A stretch of 64,000 nt of DNA from Acidobacteriota bacterium. GTDB taxonomy: Bacteria > Acidobacteriota > Terriglobia > Bryobacterales > Bryobacteraceae. Below are positions 46,773-55,950 of the stretch, in pieces. The DNA lies in the NCBI GenBank assembly GCA_038060875.1, contig JBBTDS010000210.1:37167-101166 (forward strand). The letters are read 5' to 3'. Numbering within the stretch: the first letter of the stretch is position 1; every line of letters begins with the position of its first letter. The position numbers and the translations under genes were made by a program. The notes under the pieces are model-generated. The model saw only the letters and a program-made list of their open reading frames with translations, was not told the DNA's origin and searched no databases.

Positions 46773-48997
46773 TTCTCGATCACAACCACTTCGTACTCGT
46801 TCATCAGCGGCACGGTAAACTGTATTCGGCCGCTTTGGTCTTCTTGCGCCGCCAACGTCTGTGGCCGCATCAAGGTTTGAATCCTCCTCACCTCGACTTT
46901 CGTTCGCAGCGTGATGCGGACATTCTCGAGCGGCACTACCCGCCTGATCGGCCGCGTCATCTCGCCGGTGAAGTTGATCAGATGCAGCAGCAGCCGCTGC
47001 CCCTGCTGCTGCGAGCGCAGCACTACTTCCATGGATCGGGGCGCATTCTCCACCACCACCGGCGACGGCGCGATGTCCCGCAGCACGTTCTCGATCAGGC
47101 GAGACCACTCGATGAAATGATAGGAGTTGAGGGCGTTGCCAAGATCCCCGCTAAAGTAGATGGCTTTGCCTTTGCCGTAGCGATGGACCACCAGGGCCGG
47201 ATCGTCGGACGGAACCGGGATCCCGGCATAGCTGTCGGCCAGGGGCTTCATGTACTGCACCAACACCTCGCCGCCCTTGGGCCTTACGCTAACGTGATAG
47301 AGGGTGGCGGGAACCAGATCCCGTGGCCATCCTTCGAGCAGCGGGCTCTGCGCGCGCGGCTGCATGTAGTCCCAGCGGTTCGGGCCGGCGATCTTCCGCG
47401 CGTCGCTCACACCGAACACCTCCGCCAGGGCAAAATCCGCCCGCCGGATGCCCGTCTCGTCGTAGAGCGAGGTCTCGAAGGTGGCAAACAGGTTGCCTCC
47501 CTGGCCGACGTAATCCTTCAAGCGCCCGGCGGTCTTCTCGCTCATGCAAGCCACGTTGGGCAGAAAAATGGCCGCATAGCGATCCAGCTCTTCCTGCTCC
47601 ATGGAGACATCGTCGATGACATCGAACGGCGTCTGCGAGCGCAGCAGCGTGTCCGCCAGCCCGGAGAACTCCCCGTCGAGGTTGCCGACCTCGCTGCGCG
47701 CCGACACTCGGTCGCTCTCGAGCAACTGGGCGTCCGCTCCGTCGTAGAAGTTGGCGGTGGTGTCGGACCATACCAGTGCGGTGGTGGCTTCCGAGCGCGT
47801 CCCGCGGTAGTAGGCGGCGTTCTTCTCGACAAACCGGCTCATGCCGGTCAGCGCCTGCATCCCCGGCCGCTCCAGTAAAGGCTTGTACATGAAGAAGAAC
47901 ACGCTGGCAGCGTTAGCCACCGTGCCGGCATAGAGCAGGCGCAAGTCGGCTTCCGAGTGCTGCGAGAAATTCCAGGGTCCCGGCCGGGCCGTGCTGAAGA
48001 TCACGCGCGACTTGTCCGGCGCCTGCGTTTCCAGCAGCCTCGCCGTCACGCCCGGCTTCCAGACCGGGACGCGCGTCAGGTCGCCGGTGAGGTATCCGCC
48101 CTCGCTGCCGAGGATGTCCTGCTCGGCAATGAGAACGCGATTCAGCTTCGCCGTCGCCCAATTCCCACCCCGTACGCCGCCGTTCCTGTAGAAAGCGATA
48201 TTGGGGTTGCTCGACTTGACGATCTGGCGCGAGTCCCGCATGAAACTCAACTGGCTGTTCACTTGAAATTCCAGCAGGTCGCGAGCACCCTTCCCCTGCC
48301 GCTTCTTTTTTGACGGAAGCTTCGTGCCGAAGGCTTTCTGGAATTGTTCCTGGCAGTAGCGACAGTAGCAGGTATCATCTCGGAAGGAGGTCCCATCGAG
48401 GAAAATGCCGTCGATGGGGTAGGCGCACAGGTCGCGGAGGATCTGGAAGACCCATTCGCGGAAACCCGGGCTGTTCATGCAAAAGGTGGTGCCGGGCCCG
48501 CCGTATAGGGTCGTAATCGGTCCGCCGCCCTCGCGGATCTGGAGCCAATCGGGGTGCTTTTCGCCGAAGGGGCGCTTGAACCAGTGGATGTTCAAATAGA
48601 TCATCACCCTGAGGCCGCGTTTCTTGGCCTCGGGCAGGTACTTGCCCAGGTAGTCCTCGTTCTGCTTGCCCGCCACTTTGCAGGAGAAGAAGAACTCCTG
48701 ATCGTCGAGGCCCCCGGCCATCCCCATGACGTGAAGATGTTCCGTGTTGTACCCTGAGGAGGCTTTCCGAGCCGCCTCCAGGGCCGGCGAGGGTGAAGTA
48801 ACTCCGGTATAGCAGGTCGCGGTATCCAGGATCCGCAGCGGCTCCTCCCGCTCCCACCACGGCGGGGCCGCTCCGCTCGCCGGGCGAGGCTGAGCATAGA
48901 GCAGACTCAGGCTCGCCGCGCCGCCCGCCTGGAGAAAGGAGCGTCGTGGGATAGGAACGCCAGCGGCGCTACTGAGTCCATCTTTTTCCACTGGCAA
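46769..48997 (-). CDS. GHL6/GH42-like glycoside-hydrolase-like protein with beta-galactosidase-trimerisation-type domain, Tat signal (GHL6-B)
   Basis: About 740 aa. Tat motif PRRSFLQAGGAASLSLL. TIM-barrel-like segment (RVMIYLNIHW..HPDW..CMNSPGFREW..YPIDGIFLDG). C-terminal segment AAIFLPNVACMSEKTAGRLKDYVGQGGNLFATFETSLYDETG resembles Glyco_hydro_42M. The start is TTG 48997 or GTG 48991 (AAGGAG upstream). It overlaps the cerC stop by 23-29 nt. Confidence 0.7.
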   Translation of the reverse strand: MPVEKDGLSSAAGVPIPRRSFLQAGGAASLSLLYAQPRPASGAAPPWWEREEPLRILDTATCYTGVTSPSPALEAARKASSGYNTEHLHVMGMAGGLDDQEFFFSCKVAGKQNEDYLGKYLPEAKKRGLRVMIYLNIHWFKRPFGEKHPDWLQIREGGGPITTLYGGPGTTFCMNSPGFREWVFQILRDLCAYPIDGIFLDGTSFRDDTCYCRYCQEQFQKAFGTKLPSKKKRQGKGARDLLEFQVNSQLSFMRDSRQIVKSSNPNIAFYRNGGVRGGNWATAKLNRVLIAEQDILGSEGGYLTGDLTRVPVWKPGVTARLLETQAPDKSRVIFSTARPGPWNFSQHSEADLRLLYAGTVANAASVFFFMYKPLLERPGMQALTGMSRFVEKNAAYYRGTRSEATTALVWSDTTANFYDGADAQLLESDRVSARSEVGNLDGEFSGLADTLLRSQTPFDVIDDVSMEQEELDRYAAIFLPNVACMSEKTAGRLKDYVGQGGNLFATFETSLYDETGIRRADFALAEVFGVSDARKIAGPNRWDYMQPRAQSPLLEGWPRDLVPATLYHVSVRPKGGEVLVQYMKPLADSYAGIPVPSDDPALVVHRYGKGKAIYFSGDLGNALNSYHFIEWSRLIENVLRDIAPSPVVVENAPRSMEVVLRSQQQGQRLLLHLINFTGEMTRPIRRVVPLENVRITLRTKVEVRRIQTLMRPQTLAAQEDQSGRIQFTVPLMNEYEVVVIEK
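46946..47944. repeat. repeat copy B (46946-47691 = copy A; 47034-47944 = copy C)
   Basis: The boundaries were read base by base (first mismatches at 46945, 47692, 47033 and 47945). The interior is supported by identical multi-frame translations. Confidence 0.85.
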
Positions 48998-50306
48998 GAA
49001 ACTCCTTCGGCATTAGTTCGTGCACCGCGTTGATGAGGCGGCCCTCCACGCCGGGGGCGAATTTCGCCGGGCGGTCGTAATAAACCATCGCGTCGCCGCC
49101 TCGGTAACCGCCCTCGGCCAGGACCCGCTCGGACGGGATGTAACACGGGTTGTCGTTGGAATAGCCATTCACCCAGAGGCGCGTGCCGTCAAACTCCTTC
49201 TTCAGCCGCAAGCAGTAGTCCACAACGACTTCGCCCGGCAGGAAAACCATCGCGAGGTCGCGCCCAAAACTCCACACCTGCACGAGATACGGGAGCGCGG
49301 TGGGAATGGCTTCACCGCGGTCGAGGCGGGCCAGGTTCTTCTTAGCGTGAAAAGCGATCTGCCGCGCCTTGTTCGTGGCACGCGCCTCCCACTCGGAGCG
49401 CGTGGGCAGTTTGTCGAAGGGCAGTTCGATGCGCTTGGTCGCGGCGGCCAGGGGCGCGGGTAGCGGATTCCACGGGCCGGCGAGCAGGCGCTTCACTTCG
49501 TTCGCGATCTCGCGTCCCTGCGCGTCGGCCATATCCGGCGTGCCGCGCTGATTCGGAGTTTGGTCCGCACCGCAACCGATTGCCACGAGGGCGATGGCTC
49601 CGGGATGGTCCCCCTCCAGCGCGAGTTGCGCGGAGCCTGACCAATCGCCATGGACGGTGTTCAGCGAGAGCGTCTCGGGATGGCAGGCGTAGCTCACGAA
49701 GATCGCGCGCACCTTGCCTTCGGGCGACGTGACGCGCAGCGCGGGCAGGTCGTGGTCCGCGGGCGCAAATGGGGCTCGGGAGTAGTTCCTGGCGAAGCCA
49801 ACCCTGCCGCTCGCCCACCCGAGATGAGCCGGCTGGCGGTCGGCGAGCGCGGCGAGGGTGACTTTCTCCAGATGGTCCGTGAGTTCGCGCGTGTAGCGGT
49901 CAATGCGCGCCTGCTGGTCGGGTGGCATGTCCGCCGCGAACATGTTCGGCGCGACACCGTTGATCATCGGCGCGGAGTGCGTGTGCGAGGAGCAGATGGC
50001 GAGGCGGTCGTGCGTGACCTTCGTCCGGCCCGCAAGCCGGCGGAGCAGCTCCGAGCGAATCGCGCCGGACACGCCGAGGTTGTCCACCGTGACGAGCACC
50101 GCCGGGCCGTCCGCATCGCTGCCGAGGGCGAGCGCCTTGGCGTGGATGCGCTGCGCCACACCCTCCGACTCCGTCTTGCGGCTCCCGAAACCGGTCAGGC
50201 GCGTCGGGTAATCCGGCGTGATGTCCACGCGGGCGACGCCGATGGGGCGGGCGCTTTGGGCGCCGAGCAACAACACCGCCCAGCCGTAACCGATCATCCC
50301 CGCCAA
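48969..50306 (-). CDS. neutral/alkaline ceramidase N-terminal-domain-like exported hydrolase (cerC, divergent)
   Basis: About 445 aa, 8-17 nt after the T9 stop (start TTG 50306 or ATG 50297). IGVARVDITPDYPTRLTGFGSR..IHAKALALG..VTVDNLG..CSSHTHSAP is colinear with cerA and cerB. Confidence 0.7.
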   Translation of the reverse strand: MAGMIGYGWAVLLLGAQSARPIGVARVDITPDYPTRLTGFGSRKTESEGVAQRIHAKALALGSDADGPAVLVTVDNLGVSGAIRSELLRRLAGRTKVTHDRLAICSSHTHSAPMINGVAPNMFAADMPPDQQARIDRYTRELTDHLEKVTLAALADRQPAHLGWASGRVGFARNYSRAPFAPADHDLPALRVTSPEGKVRAIFVSYACHPETLSLNTVHGDWSGSAQLALEGDHPGAIALVAIGCGADQTPNQRGTPDMADAQGREIANEVKRLLAGPWNPLPAPLAAATKRIELPFDKLPTRSEWEARATNKARQIAFHAKKNLARLDRGEAIPTALPYLVQVWSFGRDLAMVFLPGEVVVDYCLRLKKEFDGTRLWVNGYSNDNPCYIPSERVLAEGGYRGGDAMVYYDRPAKFAPGVEGRLINAVHELMPKEFLASGKRWTQ

Positions 50307-50314
50307 CGCGATTC

Positions 50315-53300
50315 TCAGAACAGCACCTTCAAGGCGAACTGAATCTGCCGCGAGCCGCTGGCGCCGAAGATCTTGCCCACGGTCGCCGGGACCGAGATGT
50401 TCGTTGACGGGCCCCCCAGGTTAGCGTGGTTTGCCAGATTGAAGAACTCGGCTCGGAACTGTGCAGTCCACCGTTCACGGATGACTGTGTTCTTCAGCAG
50501 GCTGACATCGAACTCCATCGCGCCAGGGCCAAACAGCATGTTGCGAGCGGAATTTCCGTAAGTGAACGGAACCGGCACAGCGAAGGCCGAGGTGTCGAAC
50601 CAGCGGTCTCGCGAGCGTTCTGACCGCGGCAGCTTGGGATCGCGAACCAGATCGGCGCGGCCGCCGCGCCATCCGGGTTGTGTTGCGGAGAAGCTAACCC
50701 CAAACGGCGAGCCCGTTCGCAAGATCGTAATCCCACCCACCTGCCATCCGCCGATCAGCTTGCTCAAACCCCCGGTACCATTGGCGAACGGCTTGCCCGG
50801 CCCAAACGGTAGCTCGTAAGAGTTAGCGACCGTCAAGATGTGGCGTTGGATTCCGTCGGAATTGCCTCGATCGCCCCGGTTGTTATAGGGGTTTTGCGGG
50901 CCGCCCGACGTCGGCGTATTATCCAGTAAGCGGTTCCAGGAGTATTCCACCTGGAATGACAGCCCGCGCGAGGACCGCTGAACCGCTTCCAGTTGCAACT
51001 GATGCAGCGTCGAGTCGCCCCCAGAATCCAGAAGGGTGATATCAGACCAGGGCTGGTACGGACGTAACGGCTGCACGGCGCCCGCCTGCTGCCGCTGCGA
51101 GAGATTGGCGGCACGGCCGGCATAAAGTACATGGTTCGTCTTGTTGCCGACATAGGAAGCTCGAACGCCGAGGGTTCCGACTAACTCCCGCTCGAGGCTC
51201 AGGCTCCACTGCTGCGAGAGAGCGTCCTTGATGTTACGCTCGACGGCGTTGATCGCCGGATTCGCGGAAATTGCGCCGGCGCCGGGGAACGGTTGGGCGA
51301 GGGTAAGGGACGGGACCCGGCCGGGGTCGCTCTCGAAAGTCTCGGAAAGCACGAAGGGAGCGTTGCTGGTGCTTAGTTGATTGAAGCCGCTGAATAGCTG
51401 GAGGAAGTTGTAATAGACTCCTGCGCCTCCGCGAACAACCGTCTTGTTGTTCGCAAAGGGCCGTAACGCGAATCCCAGGCGTGGCGCGAACTTCCACCCC
51501 TGGCCTTCCAGCAGCTCATCCGGGAGGCCGGCCTGCGCCGAGGTGACAATGGGATAGGCGTTGACCATGCGCGCCAGCGTGTGGGGCGGGAACTTGTCGC
51601 CGGGAACCACCAGTCTCCCCGATGCGAAATCGAAGTTGGACTGGATTCCGTCCTTTTCTTTCCAGGGCGTCTGTGACGTGACACGCAGCCCGACATTCAA
51701 GGTCAGCCGCGGCGAGACCTGCCAGTCATCCTGAATGTACGCACTGTACCGCGTTTTGCGTGGGGTCACGTCCGCGCCTTGCGTCGCCCGATAGGTGACA
51801 TTCGGGTACCCCAACAGAAAATCGGCAAACGCATGAGCCGGTTGTGCGGCGGCGGAAAGGTTGTTGTTGCTGAAACGTCCATTGAAGGTGAAGCGCCCCA
51901 GGCCCGCATCCTGTGCCTCTCCCTCCCCTTGGCCATACACCTGCGGTGGACTCCAGATGCTGAAGTGATCGACATTCACCCCGGTCTTGAAGGTATGCCG
52001 GCCGCGGACGTGGGTGAGATTGTCAATGTACTGCGTCGTCAACTGCCTCGACCCGGCGAGGGTCCCTCCACGGTCCCCGATTTGCACATGGTTGCCGATC
52101 TGGACATTTGGTAAACCTCCGATCGCCTGAGGACCATACAATCCCGGGAATAAAGACCGGGGGTCAAAGTCGGCGTTCATCCCGGATCCCAGGTATCCAT
52201 GATTCACCATCCCGAAGCGGGCTTCGTTGAGGGTGCGAGGGGAGAATGTGTGGACATGCGTAACGTTGCTGCTCTTCGTCCAAGTGCTTACGTTCTTGTG
52301 GCCGTAATTGAGTGGGAAATTCCCGGCAGACAGAATGGTATTCTTGGAGTAATTGAAGTTGCCCCAAAGGCTGTCCTTGTCGGAGAATCTGTGGTCGGGG
52401 CGAATCCCAAAGCGATTGACGTCGGAAAACACGGGCACATCCACAATGTAGTTGTTAAGGGTTCCAGCCGGACCGATTCCCGGCAGATTCGGAGGCGGCA
52501 CGTACCCGATCAGCGTTTTGGATCGCGGATCGAGGCGATCCGCGGGAACGCGGTTGTCGGGAAACGGCGAACCGGACAGCGGATCGACGATCGCCGGCAA
52601 TCCGGCGAAATCTCCGTTGCGCATGGCCGTAGTGGCCACCGAGAGCTGGTTGGTCCTGGGAGTGCGTTGTCGCAAACCCTCGTAATGACCGAAAAAGAAC
52701 GTCCTGTTCCTGCGAATCGGCCCGCCCACGGAGGCGCCGAACTCGTTCCGGTTGAACGGCGGATTGGCCAGGGTCGACGGCACGAAAGGCACGCGGGCCG
52801 CAAAGGCCCTGTTGCGGTTGTATTCGAACGCCGAACCGTGAAGTTCGTTGGTCCCTGACTTGCCCACGATCGTCACCGAAGCCGAGGCTTCAAACTCGGC
52901 CTTTTGGTTGTTCGCGTCCACCTTGAACTCGCTGATCGCGTCTAGCGAAGGGAAGTCGGTGAGGGAGCTTCCGGGCGTATACGCATAGTACGCCGATCCG
53001 TTTCCTGCGTCATTGAAATTCACGCCGTCCACATTGAACTGGACGCCACTCCGGCGGGCGGCGCCCCCGAATCGCGGAACGCGGCCGCCACCGGTATCCA
53101 CCGTCCCCGCCGCGAGCGAAAGCAGCCGATCGATGGTGCGTCCGTTTAAGGGAAGCGCAGCAATGGTAGACGCTTCCATGATGCTGCCGACCGTGGCGTT
53201 CTCGGTATTCACCACCGGGGCCGGAGCCCGAACCTCGATCGTCTCCACGACCGTGCCGGGTTCGAGCACCACGTCCACTCGAACGGTGCGATTGGCCAAG

Positions 53301-53602
53301 AGTCTGACCCCCTTCACGGCGTTCCTCTTGAAACCGGCGAACTCCGTCGTGACGGTGTACGTGCCGGGCGGAAGATTGGAAGCGACGTAGTCGCCGGTGG
53401 CTTCCGTCGGCGCCTTGAACTGGATGTTGGTGTCCTGGTTCGTTACCGTAACCGTGGCCGCCGGGAGCACCGCTCCTGAGGAGTCCTTGACCGTTCCCAG
53501 GATGGTGCCGGTGATGTGTTGAGCCATTCCCGTCGAGCCCACCACACCCACCGCCAAAAGCCAACAACGAACTACAAGCGCCTGTCTGTCTTTGCGGTTC
53601 AT
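50315..53602 (-). CDS. TonB-dependent receptor T9 (group B)
   Basis: 1095-aa ORF with ATG 53602 preceded by AGGAGAG. Signal peptide followed by AQHITGTILGTVKDSSGAVLPAATVTVTNQDTN. The C-terminus is ...FALKVLF. Paralogue of T10. Confidence 0.9.
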   Translation of the reverse strand: MNRKDRQALVVRCWLLAVGVVGSTGMAQHITGTILGTVKDSSGAVLPAATVTVTNQDTNIQFKAPTEATGDYVASNLPPGTYTVTTEFAGFKRNAVKGVRLLANRTVRVDVVLEPGTVVETIEVRAPAPVVNTENATVGSIMEASTIAALPLNGRTIDRLLSLAAGTVDTGGGRVPRFGGAARRSGVQFNVDGVNFNDAGNGSAYYAYTPGSSLTDFPSLDAISEFKVDANNQKAEFEASASVTIVGKSGTNELHGSAFEYNRNRAFAARVPFVPSTLANPPFNRNEFGASVGGPIRRNRTFFFGHYEGLRQRTPRTNQLSVATTAMRNGDFAGLPAIVDPLSGSPFPDNRVPADRLDPRSKTLIGYVPPPNLPGIGPAGTLNNYIVDVPVFSDVNRFGIRPDHRFSDKDSLWGNFNYSKNTILSAGNFPLNYGHKNVSTWTKSSNVTHVHTFSPRTLNEARFGMVNHGYLGSGMNADFDPRSLFPGLYGPQAIGGLPNVQIGNHVQIGDRGGTLAGSRQLTTQYIDNLTHVRGRHTFKTGVNVDHFSIWSPPQVYGQGEGEAQDAGLGRFTFNGRFSNNNLSAAAQPAHAFADFLLGYPNVTYRATQGADVTPRKTRYSAYIQDDWQVSPRLTLNVGLRVTSQTPWKEKDGIQSNFDFASGRLVVPGDKFPPHTLARMVNAYPIVTSAQAGLPDELLEGQGWKFAPRLGFALRPFANNKTVVRGGAGVYYNFLQLFSGFNQLSTSNAPFVLSETFESDPGRVPSLTLAQPFPGAGAISANPAINAVERNIKDALSQQWSLSLERELVGTLGVRASYVGNKTNHVLYAGRAANLSQRQQAGAVQPLRPYQPWSDITLLDSGGDSTLHQLQLEAVQRSSRGLSFQVEYSWNRLLDNTPTSGGPQNPYNNRGDRGNSDGIQRHILTVANSYELPFGPGKPFANGTGGLSKLIGGWQVGGITILRTGSPFGVSFSATQPGWRGGRADLVRDPKLPRSERSRDRWFDTSAFAVPVPFTYGNSARNMLFGPGAMEFDVSLLKNTVIRERWTAQFRAEFFNLANHANLGGPSTNISVPATVGKIFGASGSRQIQFALKVLF

Positions 53603-53623
53603 AGAGTTCTCTCCTGCGGAAAG

Positions 53624-55885
53624 CTACTTCTCCAGCACCACCACTTCGTACTCCTCCATGCGCGGCACTACGAACTGCACCCGATCGCCGCCGATCCTTC
53701 GCGGCGCCAGCGTCTGTGGCCGCATCAAGGTTTGAATCCTCCTCACCTCGACTTTCGTTCGAACCGTGATTCGCACATTTTCGAGCGGCACCACCCGCCT
53801 GATCGGCCGCGTCATCTCGCCGGTGAAGTTGATCAGATGCAGCAAAAGCCGCCGGCCCTGCTCTTGTGACCGCAGCACTACTTCCACCGATCGGGGCGCA
53901 TTCTCCACCACCACCGGCGACGGCGCGATGTCCCGCAGCACGTTCTCGATCAGGCGAGACCACTCGATGAAATGATAGGAGTTGAGGGCGTTGCCAAGAT
54001 CCCCGCTAAAGTAGATGGCTTTGCCTTTGCCGTAGCGATGGACCACCAGGGCCGGATCGTCGGACGGAACCGGGATCCCGGCATAGCTGTCGGCCAGGGG
54101 CTTCATGTACTGCACCAACACCTCGCCGCCCTTGGGCCTTACGCTAACGTGATAGAGGGTGGCGGGAACCAGATCCCGTGGCCATCCTTCGAGCAGCGGG
54201 CTCTGCGCGCGCGGCTGCATGTAGTCCCAGCGGTTCGGGCCGGCGATCTTCCGCGCGTCGCTCACACCGAACACCTCCGCCAGGGCAAAATCCGCCCGCC
54301 GGATGCCCGTCTCGTCGTAGAGCGAGGTCTCGAAGGTGGCAAACAGGTTGCCTCCCTGGCCGACGTAATCCTTCAAGCGCCCGGCGGTCTTCTCGCTCAT
54401 GCAAGCCACGTTGGGCAGAAAAATGGCCGCATAGCGATCCAGCTCTTCCTGCTCCATGGAGACATCGTCGATGACATCGAACGGCGTCTGCGAGCGCAGC
54501 AGCGTGTCCGCCAGCCCGGAGAACTCCCCGTCGAGGTTGCCGACCTCGCTGCGCGCCGACACTCGGTCGCTCTCGAGCAACTGGGCGTCCGCTCCGTCGT
54601 AGAAGTTGGCGGTGGTGTCGGACCATACCAGTGCGGTGGTGGCTTCCGAGCGCGTCCCGCGGTAGTAGGCGGCGTTCTTCTCGACAAACCGGCTCATGCC
54701 GGTCAGCGCCTGCATCCCCGGCCGCTCCAGTAAAGGCTTGTACATGAAGAAGAACACGCTGGCAGCGTTAGCCACCGTGCCGGCATAGAGCAGGCGCAAA
54801 TCGGCTTCCGAGTGCTGCGAGAAATTCCAGGGCCCCGGCCGGGCCGTGCTGAAGATCACGCGCGGCTTGTCCGGCGCCTGCGTTTCCAGCAGTCTCGCAG
54901 TCACGCCTGGCTTCCAGACTGGAACGCGCGTCAGGTCGCCGTAGAGGTATCCGCCCTCGCTGCCGAGAATGTCCTGCTCGGAGATGAGAACGCGGTTCAG
55001 ACGCCCGGTCGACCAGTTCCCGCCTCGCACGCCACCGTTCATGTAGAAGGCGACCTCCGGGTTGATCGACTTGATCACCGCGCGCGAGTCGTGCAGCATA
55101 TCCGCCAGGCTGTTGGCCTGAAACTCCAGCAGGTCGCGGGCCGGCTTGCCCTTGCGTTCCTTCTTTGGGGGGAGCTTCCCTCCATGCAGCTTTTGGAACT
55201 TCTCCTGGCAGTAGCGGCAGTAGCAGGTGTTGGGCAGGAAGACAGGCCCGTCGTAGAAAATGCCGTCGATGGGGTAGGCGCACAGGTCGCGCACCACCTG
55301 AAAACACCACTCCCGCCAGGGGCTGTTCACGCAAAAGCTGCTGGCCAGTTGGCCGTACAGGGTCGGCTTTTGCCCGCCGCTCTCCTCCATCTGGAGCCAG
55401 TCGGGATGTTGGTCGCCCAAGGAGCGCTTGTACCAGTGGACGTTGAAATAAATCATCACCCGGAGGCCGCGCTTCTTGGCTTCGGGCAGGTACTTACCCA
55501 GGTAGTCCTCGTTCTGTTTGCCCGCCACTTTCGAGGAGAAAAAGAACTCCTGGTCGTCGAGGCCCCCGGCCATCCCCATCACGTGAAGGTGTTCCGCATT
55601 GAACCCCGACGAGGCTCTCTGAGCTGCCTCCAGGGCCGGCGAGGGTGAGGTAACTCCGGTATAACAGGTCGCGGTATCCAGGATACGCAGCGGTCCCTCC
55701 CGTTCCCACCATGGCCGGGCTACCGCCCCTGCCGGGTGAGGCTGAGCATAGAGCAGACTCAGGCTCGCCGCACCGCCCGCCTGGAGAAAGGAGCGTCGTG
55801 GGACAAAACGAGACGCGTCCGGCCCAGCGCGGCCCGAAGACAACATCCTGCCGCCGGTATTGCTGCTGTGATCATCTCTGTTCAT
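53624..55885 (-). CDS. GHL6/GH42-like glycoside-hydrolase-like protein with trimerisation-type domain, Tat signal (GHL6-C)
   Basis: The start is set at ATG 55885 (GGAGGAG upstream; the ORF-track GTG is at 55891). Tat motif PRRSFLQAGGAASLSLL. Colinear with GHL6-B: the N-terminal half is diverged, the central and C-terminal tract is identical. Confidence 0.75.
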   Translation of the reverse strand: MNRDDHSSNTGGRMLSSGRAGPDASRFVPRRSFLQAGGAASLSLLYAQPHPAGAVARPWWEREGPLRILDTATCYTGVTSPSPALEAAQRASSGFNAEHLHVMGMAGGLDDQEFFFSSKVAGKQNEDYLGKYLPEAKKRGLRVMIYFNVHWYKRSLGDQHPDWLQMEESGGQKPTLYGQLASSFCVNSPWREWCFQVVRDLCAYPIDGIFYDGPVFLPNTCYCRYCQEKFQKLHGGKLPPKKERKGKPARDLLEFQANSLADMLHDSRAVIKSINPEVAFYMNGGVRGGNWSTGRLNRVLISEQDILGSEGGYLYGDLTRVPVWKPGVTARLLETQAPDKPRVIFSTARPGPWNFSQHSEADLRLLYAGTVANAASVFFFMYKPLLERPGMQALTGMSRFVEKNAAYYRGTRSEATTALVWSDTTANFYDGADAQLLESDRVSARSEVGNLDGEFSGLADTLLRSQTPFDVIDDVSMEQEELDRYAAIFLPNVACMSEKTAGRLKDYVGQGGNLFATFETSLYDETGIRRADFALAEVFGVSDARKIAGPNRWDYMQPRAQSPLLEGWPRDLVPATLYHVSVRPKGGEVLVQYMKPLADSYAGIPVPSDDPALVVHRYGKGKAIYFSGDLGNALNSYHFIEWSRLIENVLRDIAPSPVVVENAPRSVEVVLRSQEQGRRLLLHLINFTGEMTRPIRRVVPLENVRITVRTKVEVRRIQTLMRPQTLAPRRIGGDRVQFVVPRMEEYEVVVLEK
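53889..54799. repeat. repeat copy C (identical to 47034-47944)
   Basis: Offset 6855. The boundaries were read base by base. ORFs 54144-54626, 54178-54474 and 54397-54687 are identical to their 47xxx counterparts in several frames on both strands. Confidence 0.85.
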
Positions 55886-55923
55886 TGGCACTCCTCCGCC
55901 GGCCGCCGCCCGTAACAGCGGCA

Positions 55924-55943
55924 GCCTCGTGTTGGCACGAAGC
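55924..55943 (-). other. small intercistronic stem-loop after the T10 stop
   Basis: The minus-strand RNA GCUUCGUG-CCAA-CACGAGGC forms an 8-bp stem with one G-U pair, starting 7 nt after the T10 stop. No U-tract. Confidence 0.2.
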
Positions 55944-55950
55944 CCTGAAG

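Noticed and set aside
53010-53963. Recurrent ORF beginning MVSPDRERAAGHRAVAGGGGECAP (39284-39469, 46572-47108, 53010-53963) as a repeated gene.
   Set aside because: It is an alternative frame of the repeated GHL6 3' region, so it recurs only because the DNA repeats. Only the last 66 codons of the 46572-47108 version look like a real (fossil) coding segment.
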